46,155 nucleotides of DNA from Patescibacteria group bacterium (GTDB lineage Bacteria; Patescibacteriota; Minisyncoccia; UBA6257; 1-14-0-10-40-38), in the NCBI GenBank assembly GCA_038063175.1, contig JBBTVP010000007.1, positions 1 to 46,155 of the forward strand, in the 5' to 3' direction. The position numbers and the translations under genes are program-made. The notes beneath the pieces are model-generated. The model had not been told where the DNA came from. It searched no databases and saw nothing but the letters and a program-made list of their open reading frames with translations. Each line of letters starts with the position of its first letter. Positions within the stretch are counted from its first letter, which is position 1. Positions 8,692 to 16,848 of this stretch are shown here, piece after piece.

Positions 8692-9189
8692 TTATTCAAG
8701 ACTGCGATAAAGATCTTCTATTTTCTCTGTCGTATCGAGGACCTGTTGATTAAGCTCAAGAGGTGGATTTGTTTCTTTCCCATCTGAGAAGAAATTCGTA
8801 CCTCCAAGATCAAACATTTCAATCTGCCAGCTTGTTAAGTCTTTCGAAGATCCGCCAGTAAGGCGCAGTTCTAGAAAAAAATGACTTCTTAAGAGCCCTC
8901 CTAAAGCGTTCTGCGAATCAACATCTCCGAAGACTACGAAGAAATCTGGCTCACTTATTAATTTTTCGTGGGAAATAATACTACTGAACTGTGCTGATCC
9001 GGGAGATACAAGATACGAGGTCACTATTTTTTTTGCAACCTGCTCAGCATCCTGAGTTTTATTTACTTCAGGTAAGGAAACGATAGAGGGTGCCTCATTA
9101 GTATTGTTAGTTATCACGACGTGAATTATGGCCAACACCACAACTATCAGAATTCCTACTATCAAGTAAATGATTTTTTGCTTACTCAT
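8692..9189 (-). CDS. Hypothetical membrane-anchored protein
   Basis: MSKQKIIYLIVGILIVVVLAIIHVV is a signal-anchor. The ATG at 9187-9189 is preferred over the ORF-track start at 9315, which extends into a structured GC-rich intergenic region. Same strand as the nuclease gene, 18 nt upstream of it. Confidence 0.6.
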   Translation of the reverse strand: MSKQKIIYLIVGILIVVVLAIIHVVITNNTNEAPSIVSLPEVNKTQDAEQVAKKIVTSYLVSPGSAQFSSIISHEKLISEPDFFVVFGDVDSQNALGGLLRSHFFLELRLTGGSSKDLTSWQIEMFDLGGTNFFSDGKETNPPLELNQQVLDTTEKIEDLYRSLE

Positions 9190-9260
9190 ATTATGATTAG
9201 TTATTGAGTCTTTAATTATCTTTTGTCGACCAATTATCTCGGCAGAATGAGTCAATGATC

Positions 9261-9373
9261 GTGGAGATTTTAAAACACAAAACTCCACGCTGACCCGACC
9301 CCTTGCGGGATCCACACCCTTTCGGATGTGACTCTAGGTGAATAGGCCAAACGTGGAGTTTGGTATCACCTAG
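9261..9373. other. Cluster of nested inverted repeats/hairpins (candidate ncRNA or recombinase site)
   Basis: gtggagatttt (9261-9271) / aaaactccac (9279-9288). gacccc-ttgc-gggatc (9297-9312). cacaccc-tttc-ggatgtg (9313-9330). ctaggtga (9334-9341) / tcacctag (9366-9373), enclosing ccaaac/gtttgg. Confidence 0.5.
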
Positions 9374-9510
9374 AGAATTTCTTGAGCCATGCCGCCCGAT
9401 TACTCGGAGGGTTTAGGCTACTACCGCTATTCAGTTGTTAATGACCATAATATCCCTAAACCCTCGCCCCTCCAAGACCCTATCGCAGATCATTAGTTCT
9501 GCTAAGCCGG

Positions 9511-9531
9511 GTTGCCAACACGTTGCCAACA
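9511..9531 (+). repeat. Tandem direct repeat gttgccaaca-c-gttgccaaca just upstream of the recombinase start
   Basis: Two perfect 10-nt copies at 9511-9520 and 9522-9531. Confidence 0.7.
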
Positions 9532-9573
9532 GCTCTTCTTTACTCCTGGGACCAGTCTGTCATCAATGGTGGC

Positions 9574-10893
9574 ATGGAAATTCAACCCACGGCGCTTATA
9601 GGCTCTCCAGCAGCGATTCCAACGATAAAAGTGAAGTATTGCCTTTACGCTCGTAAATCGACCGAGCAAGACGAAAAACAAGCCCTATCTATCGATTCCC
9701 AGGTCAAAGAGATGCTCGCTATTGCAGAACGAGATACCCTTGAGGTTATAGATATTCGAAGAGAAGCTCATTCCGCAAAGGATTCTGGTCAGCGCCCGGT
9801 TTTTAAAGAAATTCTAGAAGACATAAAACGGGATAGGTTCAATGGAATACTCACCTGGGCACCTGACCGATTAAGTAGAAATGCAGGTGACCTAGGCAGC
9901 GTCGTTGATCTAATGGATCAAAAACATCTTGTAGAAATCCGTACCTACGGCCAACAGTTTAGAAATTCTCCGAATGAAAAGTTTCTTCTCATGATTCTCT
10001 GTAGCCAAGCAAAACTAGAAAACGACAATAAAAGCATCAACGTAAAAAGGGGATTGAAGACTCGGGTTGAAATGGGTCTCTGGCCCGCTCCCGCCCCTAC
10101 GGGATACATAAAAGAAAAACGGATGGATCGGAAATGCGAAACTCTCATTGATCCTGCTCGGGCACCGGTAATTAAGCAGATGTTTGAAAAAGTAGCCTAC
10201 GAAAAATGGAGCGGAAGGAAAACATATCACTGGCTCAAATTCGATCTCAATTTTAAAACCATTACCGGGAACAAAAATCTTACTCTTGGCAATGTGTATC
10301 TACTTCTGCAAAATCATTTCTACTATGGGGTTTTCGAATATCCAAAGAAAAGCGGAAATTGGTATACCGGGAAACACGAGCCGATCATATCTAAAGAGTT
10401 ATTCGATGCAGTTCAAAACCAAATCAAAACTCAATTTATACGATCCGAAAGTAAAGAATTCGCTTTTACGAAGCTAATGACTTGTGGATTATGTGGGTCA
10501 GGCATAACCGCCGACGAGAAATTCAAGAAGCAAAAAAACGGCAACGTTCACCGGCACGTCTACTACGGATGTGCGAAGACGAAAGACAGATTTTGCAAAG
10601 GCGGCTATATAAACGAGATAGATTTGATCAAGCAATTTGAAGAGCTTATTGAGAAAATTGATATTGATGAGATTGGGATAAAAGAAAAAATTAAAACCGA
10701 AGTTGAACGCTTTAAGAAATTTCAGCAGGTAGTTCTTGGTAGTAAAGAAAAAGTAATGATTGCCGATATCGATATACGGAATTATGCAAAATATCTTCTT
10801 AAAGAAGGAACGGATATTGAGAAGAGAGAGCTACTAGGATGCCTAAAAAACAGAATTTCTTTAAAAAATAAGGAGATTAGTCCGTCGATTTAA
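9574..10893 (+). CDS. Large serine recombinase (resolvase/invertase N-domain + recombinase domain + zinc ribbon)
   Basis: YARKSTEQDEKQALSIDSQ contains the catalytic Ser motif. Also APDRLSRN and a Cys cluster, CGLCGSGITADE...YYGCAKTKDRFC. The start is uncertain: TTG 9523, ATG 9574 and GTG 9631 are all in frame. Confidence 0.85.
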   Translation: MEIQPTALIGSPAAIPTIKVKYCLYARKSTEQDEKQALSIDSQVKEMLAIAERDTLEVIDIRREAHSAKDSGQRPVFKEILEDIKRDRFNGILTWAPDRLSRNAGDLGSVVDLMDQKHLVEIRTYGQQFRNSPNEKFLLMILCSQAKLENDNKSINVKRGLKTRVEMGLWPAPAPTGYIKEKRMDRKCETLIDPARAPVIKQMFEKVAYEKWSGRKTYHWLKFDLNFKTITGNKNLTLGNVYLLLQNHFYYGVFEYPKKSGNWYTGKHEPIISKELFDAVQNQIKTQFIRSESKEFAFTKLMTCGLCGSGITADEKFKKQKNGNVHRHVYYGCAKTKDRFCKGGYINEIDLIKQFEELIEKIDIDEIGIKEKIKTEVERFKKFQQVVLGSKEKVMIADIDIRNYAKYLLKEGTDIEKRELLGCLKNRISLKNKEISPSI

Positions 10894-13800
10894 CCAGGGG
10901 TAGGAGTTGTTATGGTTAGTGCCGGGATTACTGCCACTTCGGTTACATTGTCATCTAGGACTTTATAAATCAACGGTACGTTTTCTTTGTACGATGCTTC
11001 ATCGTTACCAACGAAAACGATTTTTTCCTTTTCGTGTAAATTAAGTGCCTTAATTGTCGCGCTATTTTTTTGCCAATACTCCGCAAGTTTTACTTTGTCT
11101 AGAACTTTTGTAAATTCATTGATGCTTGGTTCATATTTTCGCCCATCTTCACGAGCAGAAGCGAATACGCTAGCAAAGTTTCTAAACAAGTAATCTATGA
11201 GATGCTCAACGTTTTTTGGTTCAGATGGATTGAAGCAGATACTAAAAAGATAATCATTTACAATTCCACGAATTACTTGTTTATCTTCTTTCCCTGTTGG
11301 ATCATAGTAGCCACAACCAACACCGTGGCTGATTTCACTATTACCAAGTTGATAAAGAATAAAACTACTCACTCGGGTTTTAAGCTCGGTAGATTTTTTG
11401 TCGATATCAGATTGTTTAATTCTGCCTTCCGCAATCTTTTTTAGTAGATAATTATTAGATTTACTCGCGAGATCTGCTATCCGAAGAGCTGCAGTATCGT
11501 CAAAAATATTTCTACCAGGGTCAATATACCGCGCTTTAAATATCGAAAACACTTTTTGCGAAATTTCTCGCATTTCTTCGCGTGCAATAATACGCATATC
11601 ACCTTCGGTAGGAGCCTCTTCATCGGCGTGCTGCGCTAGCGCTCGTGAAAGATTGAATATATCTCCACCTCGATCTGCGCTGCATGCTAAGCGGAAAATC
11701 ATTAAATCGTATACACCAAGGATCCCGCGATCCGATTGTGACAGCGTTGTGAGAACCCCATTTTCCGCGTGTCTACCAGTTCCGAAAACCCACTCACTAA
11801 TTTCTTTAATATTTTCTGGAGTATTACGAGAATGTTCTCCTGCAGCATCAATCCAGCCGGCATCATTTAATAAACGGGTTAGGAAATAATCAAGATCATG
11901 ACGTAAACCCATGCCAAAATCTTTTAGTTCTAATAAAGAATATTCGGGGATGCTTTCTAGTAAATAGATTATTATTGAATTAGCTGGATTCTTTTTAAGC
12001 CCATGGGCATTGTTAACTAATATGCGCCAAAGTTTTTCTCGAGTACTCTCACCACTGTTGTATGTAAATTTCTCATCCGCAAAAGCACTCTTGGGGCTGA
12101 CTTCTCCTTGAGTGATCTGGTCTCTTCTATTCATGTAAAAACGATGCTGGCCTACGTCTTCTGGCTTCGAGAGTTTTATGATCAAATCTAAATATGTTTC
12201 AAGATTTCTACCATTGGTCCACTCACCATTAAAACAAGCTAGCGAAGTACGTATATCATCTGGAACATTATCTATTTGTGCATATCTATCACCGTCCGGG
12301 AAATTACTTCCAATAGCATTTTTTAGTCTGACATTTACATTGAAGATCTCATCTAGTAGAAAACGCTGTCGACTATCTTTCCGAAATTGTTTTAAATAAT
12401 CATGGTAATAGAGAGAATTTTTATAAGTAGAGTCGCTAAAAGATGATCGGGATTGACCCGAGGTTTCAGGTGGATAACCATCATCGTGAGGTATTACTAG
12501 AGAAAAGAAGCCCCGGCCACCATTTGTCTCAGTGTCATATATCTTTCTAAAGACATCTGGGTAGTGAATATAGATAAGTAGTAAATTGATCAAATCTCGC
12601 TTATCAAAATCGCTATTTTTAAAATCGGTCCCCTGAAGATCAAACATCATCACGGTATTAATAAGACGTTTTAGTTTTCGCACATCACCTATAAAAGGAA
12701 GGTATTTATGATATGAAGATGATTTATAGATATCTAATAATCCACCAATGGCCTGCCTTATGGGAAGGGGATCGACTATGCTTGTTGAAAGAGCTTTCTC
12801 TAGATTTTCAGAAACATATTTTGATAGATCATCTCTATCTAAGTAGAGACTAATTTTTATGTTAATAAATTTCTCTAAGAACTCACGGATTTTTTCAGTT
12901 TCAGGGCTTTTCGCATCTAATGCATTAATATTTTCAGTATCGTAACAAAGGACGTATGAAATATTCGGAAGAATAAGACTTTTTCTTATGACGAATAAAA
13001 TATCTTTGATTTCTGTAAAATCGATTCGATCGAGATCATCAACGACAATGATTATTTTTTTATCAAAACGACGCAGGATAGCATTCAAGTCATTAAATGC
13101 TTCGTCAGCCGTATAATTTACTGATAGTGTCGGAAGCGTAAATCCGAACAGAGAAAACCGACTTACTTCTTTGAGTAGCCGAGAATAGCGAGAAATAAGA
13201 GGCTTAATCTCGGGCACGAATGAATCTTTTTGGATTGCGTGAATAAGGCCATCGATAAAGACTTCGAGAAGTTGAGTGGTGCCCGAGTGGCGCAGGGGAC
13301 TGAATTTATAGACAATTGTTTGGCTAGGATGTTTTTCTTTCCAATATTCTTGGCAAAAATTGATAAAGGTTGATTTTCCGATTCCCCAGGGTGCATCAAC
13401 CCCGAATACGAAACTTTCTGGCGAACCACCATTGAAAATTCTCTCAGCGAATCTATTAGCCTTTTCGGCGAAATTGAGAAGGTCGTCGTTTTTCTCTTCT
13501 AGCTCTAGATCAACGACGAGCGACGATTCTATTTGATCTCTTTTCCAAATGCCCGATCTCGTTAAAACTAAGAATCCTAAAATAAATGGTGTTGAAATTA
13601 TTGTTAATAATTGAACGGTATCTAGGGCGGCGATGGTATTAATATACCAACCAGAGAAATGGCTACTCCATACAATACTCAGCCAAATACCAAAAGAAAA
13701 CGCGATCAGAATATCTAATCGGCCACTTTTTAAAATCTTTTTGAAGTTAGCGTAAAAGTCTCTGGCTAAAAGATAGAAGGTCAGAATAAGGAACCCCACA

Positions 13801-13997
13801 ACATAAATCACGAGTATTTTATACCTGTGGTTTTCTAAGTCGAGCGGAATAATTTTCCCTGTGGTTAGTATTGAAATACGGCAAATCTCAGTAGCAAGAA
13901 CACCAAAAAAAATTGTTCTAATAAGTACCGTGAGATTTGCGGTAGTTATTCTTAAATCAGTTAGACTCTCTTTAAGTCTAGTAAAATATTTCTCCAT
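10890..13997 (-). CDS. KAP-family P-loop NTPase with an N-terminal multi-TM domain
   Basis: About 150 aa of hydrophobic helices. Walker A: GVDAPWGIGKSTFINF. Walker B: KIIIVVDDLDR. A roughly 550-aa uncharacterised C-terminal region follows. The stop overlaps the recombinase stop by 4 nt (ttaa). Confidence 0.75.
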   Translation of the reverse strand: MEKYFTRLKESLTDLRITTANLTVLIRTIFFGVLATEICRISILTTGKIIPLDLENHRYKILVIYVVGFLILTFYLLARDFYANFKKILKSGRLDILIAFSFGIWLSIVWSSHFSGWYINTIAALDTVQLLTIISTPFILGFLVLTRSGIWKRDQIESSLVVDLELEEKNDDLLNFAEKANRFAERIFNGGSPESFVFGVDAPWGIGKSTFINFCQEYWKEKHPSQTIVYKFSPLRHSGTTQLLEVFIDGLIHAIQKDSFVPEIKPLISRYSRLLKEVSRFSLFGFTLPTLSVNYTADEAFNDLNAILRRFDKKIIIVVDDLDRIDFTEIKDILFVIRKSLILPNISYVLCYDTENINALDAKSPETEKIREFLEKFINIKISLYLDRDDLSKYVSENLEKALSTSIVDPLPIRQAIGGLLDIYKSSSYHKYLPFIGDVRKLKRLINTVMMFDLQGTDFKNSDFDKRDLINLLLIYIHYPDVFRKIYDTETNGGRGFFSLVIPHDDGYPPETSGQSRSSFSDSTYKNSLYYHDYLKQFRKDSRQRFLLDEIFNVNVRLKNAIGSNFPDGDRYAQIDNVPDDIRTSLACFNGEWTNGRNLETYLDLIIKLSKPEDVGQHRFYMNRRDQITQGEVSPKSAFADEKFTYNSGESTREKLWRILVNNAHGLKKNPANSIIIYLLESIPEYSLLELKDFGMGLRHDLDYFLTRLLNDAGWIDAAGEHSRNTPENIKEISEWVFGTGRHAENGVLTTLSQSDRGILGVYDLMIFRLACSADRGGDIFNLSRALAQHADEEAPTEGDMRIIAREEMREISQKVFSIFKARYIDPGRNIFDDTAALRIADLASKSNNYLLKKIAEGRIKQSDIDKKSTELKTRVSSFILYQLGNSEISHGVGCGYYDPTGKEDKQVIRGIVNDYLFSICFNPSEPKNVEHLIDYLFRNFASVFASAREDGRKYEPSINEFTKVLDKVKLAEYWQKNSATIKALNLHEKEKIVFVGNDEASYKENVPLIYKVLDDNVTEVAVIPALTITTPTPG

Positions 13998-14196
13998 GCT
14001 TGGGTGGCGTTTTTACGCCCCAATCATAGCAAAAAAAGCCTCTTTCCTGAATGAGGTAAAACTCGACGCTTCTCGAGCGCGAGAACCTATCACGAGTTGG
14101 CTGGCCTCCTCGAGCTACCTACCCACCGAAGCCTTGGCGCAGGCGGGGAACCGTGGGGGATCAAGCTGGGTAAGGAGAATTTAAGTTATTTTATTC

Positions 14197-15060
14197 TCAT
14201 TTAAGCAGCACAATTCCTAAAAATACAACAACAGCACCGAAGATCCTTCTCCTAAGGTTTGACCGTTCTCTAAGAAAAATAATTCCACCGAGCGAGGTGA
14301 GAATTGTTGAGCTATATAGAGCAGGTGATGCAACCGATGCATCAACTAAGGCAAAAGCTTTCAAAAAAAGAAAATATCCAGCGACACTCAAAAATGCAAG
14401 GAAAGGAATTTTCCAAGTGCGAAGAACCAACTCTCGCTTTATTAGCCCGAGGGCATCCTTTCGCTGAAAGCGAAAGATTAAAAATATGAGAATACCCGGA
14501 ATTCCGTAGGTGATTAACATGTAGAGGCTAAGGGGGAATGAGGGCGAAGCAAATTTATCGGCGACATAAGAAAGTCCTATTGCTACAGCTCCCAAGAGAA
14601 CGATGCGAATTCCCTGGAGAGATACTTTCCCGTCGTGTTTATAGAGCGCGATCATGTTACCTCCAACAATAAGTACTACTGCAATTAATCTGCGCAATGT
14701 GATTTCTTCGTGCAAGATGAGCGCAGATCCAATGAAGGTAGCAATGGGAGCGATTTGAGTAAGTTGCGTTCGATACGAAACTTCAATGTATTTATGGCCA
14801 AAGAATTTTGTTGCAGAGAAAATGGTGTATCCAATACACGATAAAATAACCGCAATCCATACCCATACGCTCAACTTTCCGGGGAATGCTGGTCGGATTA
14901 CAATGAACGCCATTAAAGAAATAACAGTGGCAAAAAAATCATGCAATATTGCAATAGTCATTGGTTCATCGCTTTTTACCGCAGTTACGCGTGAAAGTAA
15001 GCTATACAAGGTAAAAATCAATGCAGATCCAAGTGCAAAGGAAATTCCTAGGGCAGCCAT
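14197..15060 (-). CDS. EamA/DMT-family transporter
   Basis: 287 aa, about 10 hydrophobic helices arranged as two repeated halves typical of EamA. Confidence 0.7.
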   Translation of the reverse strand: MAALGISFALGSALIFTLYSLLSRVTAVKSDEPMTIAILHDFFATVISLMAFIVIRPAFPGKLSVWVWIAVILSCIGYTIFSATKFFGHKYIEVSYRTQLTQIAPIATFIGSALILHEEITLRRLIAVVLIVGGNMIALYKHDGKVSLQGIRIVLLGAVAIGLSYVADKFASPSFPLSLYMLITYGIPGILIFLIFRFQRKDALGLIKRELVLRTWKIPFLAFLSVAGYFLFLKAFALVDASVASPALYSSTILTSLGGIIFLRERSNLRRRIFGAVVVFLGIVLLK

Positions 15061-15084
15061 CGTAATGTTTTAAGTTTTCATGAG

Positions 15085-16848
15085 TCAACCAACTTCTGCC
15101 TGGTAGCAGGTTTCACAATACACAATTTCCTTCCGGTCAGAGGCATATGGAGTATCAAAGGTATTAGGGCAGCGGCCTTCAGTATGATGAATGTGCTGCC
15201 TTGTATTAGTATGATTGGCATAATCGCAAGCGCATTGGCGCCGGTAAAGTTTGTAGGTGGTCAGACGCTTCATTCTTTCGTAATGGCGACAGTTGGGGCA
15301 CAGGCGTGGAAGTGCGATATTCTTAGTTTTGTATAGCTGAAATTCCGAAGGAATAATACGGAATCCCACGGTACATTTCTGGTTACAAAAACCTTTATGC
15401 AGGCATCCAATCGTTTTTCCCACAATACTCTCATTGGCATCTTTAATATGATCTGGTAGATCGCTTGGGGAAATATCAATTGCAGCGGTTCTCTCAGCTT
15501 CTTCTTTCCATCGCCATCCCTCACCGGTTACTTCTCTTTCGGTGAGCGGGAACCAATCGTGCGCCATTGTTTCATTGTAAGCGAAGGGAGCTATCTCGAC
15601 GGGAAAAAATTCCCCGTACTTATATATTCGCCCTTTCGCATCGACATAGGGTACTTCATCCATCTGTTTCCTAATTTTCGGTACCAACGCCTCGTACTCT
15701 TCCTTTGGATACTGTTTGTTCAAAATACAGTATTGTTTTCCCCGAATGCCGATAGAACCGAAGAGATCCGATGCACCGCCGCGACAGGATTCGCAGTACT
15801 CGAGGTTGCGAACTTGCGGCCAAGTGTCCGAGGAAAACTTTATGTTGTAGACCTCAACACCGCTTGTGGAGTTTTCGTAGCAAAGTTCCATTCCATCGCC
15901 TATATTTACATCCATACTATCCTTAGCTTGGCTTCCAAATAGCAGATAGCGGCAGTTTTCGATATCCGATCCATTGAAACAGTAGTAAGCATTTTTTGTG
16001 TTACTAAACGCATGACCGGTTGAGTTCGTAACATTTTTAGAATTCGCGTATCGGTGAATGCTTTTCGCGTACATATCCGCAAATTCTTTTTTGTACCCTT
16101 CGAGTTTTTTGTAGGAGCCGGTGTCGATTTCGGCGATGCTCTTCGCGTACTCTTCTTTGTCGAGCGGTTTGTTACGGAAGTAGTGGGAAGAACGACGCAA
16201 ATTAGAACTCATAAAGCAGTTATCCGAACCGCTCGTGTCGTAGCAAAAGAGTAGGTTCAAACCATCGGCGATATCTTGAGAAAAGTAGAGCAGTGCCGAA
16301 TCACGGCTCTCGATCGTTTCGTAGCATTGTTCATCTTTAAAGATGAAGAACGAATCGGTGATTTTTCTTGAGGAAATGATTCGGTAGGAATAGTTGCAGT
16401 CTTCGTTCCACCCCGCGCCGAAAACAAGGTAGCAGTTTTTACAGTCGATAATTTGATTTGTATAGTCGCAGTTCACGCAATTGTCGATCTGAAGTGAAAT
16501 GCGGGGGACTGCATCAAGTAATTCCCGGAACTGGCTGAAAAAGGTCTTTGAAAAATCGTACGCTCTACCATAGCTCAGCGGATCCCATTTGTCGGAGTAC
16601 CAGCAGGAACGGCAATATACGGGGAATTTCGCATCTGCAGGGTACATCGCAACGATGGAAGTTTTGCAGAGGTCACACGTGCGTCGGTAGAGGGTTCTTT
16701 CGTTCCGCCAGACTTGTCGGCGTTGGAGGCGACATTGTGGGCAAAATGTCGGAGGAGGAACTTTGAACTTTTCGTAAAATCGGAAATCTTCCGGTTCAAT
16801 AACGAACTGCTTTTTACAGTTCTGACAAGTTTTTTCTTCTGAATTCAC
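15085..16848 (-). CDS. Cysteine-rich protein with matching zinc-ribbon modules at both termini
   Basis: GTG start. N-terminus: CQNCKKQFVIEPEDFRFYEKFKVPPPTFCPQCRLQRR...LYRRTCDLC. C-terminus: CTVGFRIIPSEFQLYKTKNIALPRLCPNCRHYER...LYRRQCAC. No named family recognised. Confidence 0.65.
   Translation of the reverse strand: MNSEEKTCQNCKKQFVIEPEDFRFYEKFKVPPPTFCPQCRLQRRQVWRNERTLYRRTCDLCKTSIVAMYPADAKFPVYCRSCWYSDKWDPLSYGRAYDFSKTFFSQFRELLDAVPRISLQIDNCVNCDYTNQIIDCKNCYLVFGAGWNEDCNYSYRIISSRKITDSFFIFKDEQCYETIESRDSALLYFSQDIADGLNLLFCYDTSGSDNCFMSSNLRRSSHYFRNKPLDKEEYAKSIAEIDTGSYKKLEGYKKEFADMYAKSIHRYANSKNVTNSTGHAFSNTKNAYYCFNGSDIENCRYLLFGSQAKDSMDVNIGDGMELCYENSTSGVEVYNIKFSSDTWPQVRNLEYCESCRGGASDLFGSIGIRGKQYCILNKQYPKEEYEALVPKIRKQMDEVPYVDAKGRIYKYGEFFPVEIAPFAYNETMAHDWFPLTEREVTGEGWRWKEEAERTAAIDISPSDLPDHIKDANESIVGKTIGCLHKGFCNQKCTVGFRIIPSEFQLYKTKNIALPRLCPNCRHYERMKRLTTYKLYRRQCACDYANHTNTRQHIHHTEGRCPNTFDTPYASDRKEIVYCETCYQAEVG

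Larger units (their letters stand above)
4430..13997. mobile_element. Putative integrated phage-derived island (methylase, terminases, nuclease, serine recombinase, KAP NTPase); boundaries not defined
   Basis: Gene content only. It starts after the 4310 terminator and ends at the KAP gene start. No flanking direct repeats found by eye. Confidence 0.4.

Noticed and set aside
8692-9315. The full 207-aa ORF-track version of the membrane protein gene.
   Set aside because: The first 42 codons run through the structured GC-rich intergenic hairpins (9261-9312). The internal ATG at 9189 gives a canonical signal-anchor N-terminus.
14100-14175. GC-rich segment (ccaccgaagccttggcgcaggcggggaaccgtggggg) as an SRP RNA, a tmRNA fragment or a tRNA-derived att site.
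   Set aside because: There is no GGAA/GNRA-loop domain IV motif, no tRNA-like T-arm (GGTTCGAAT-type) and no match to the 3' end of the nearby tRNA-Gln. It remains unassigned.
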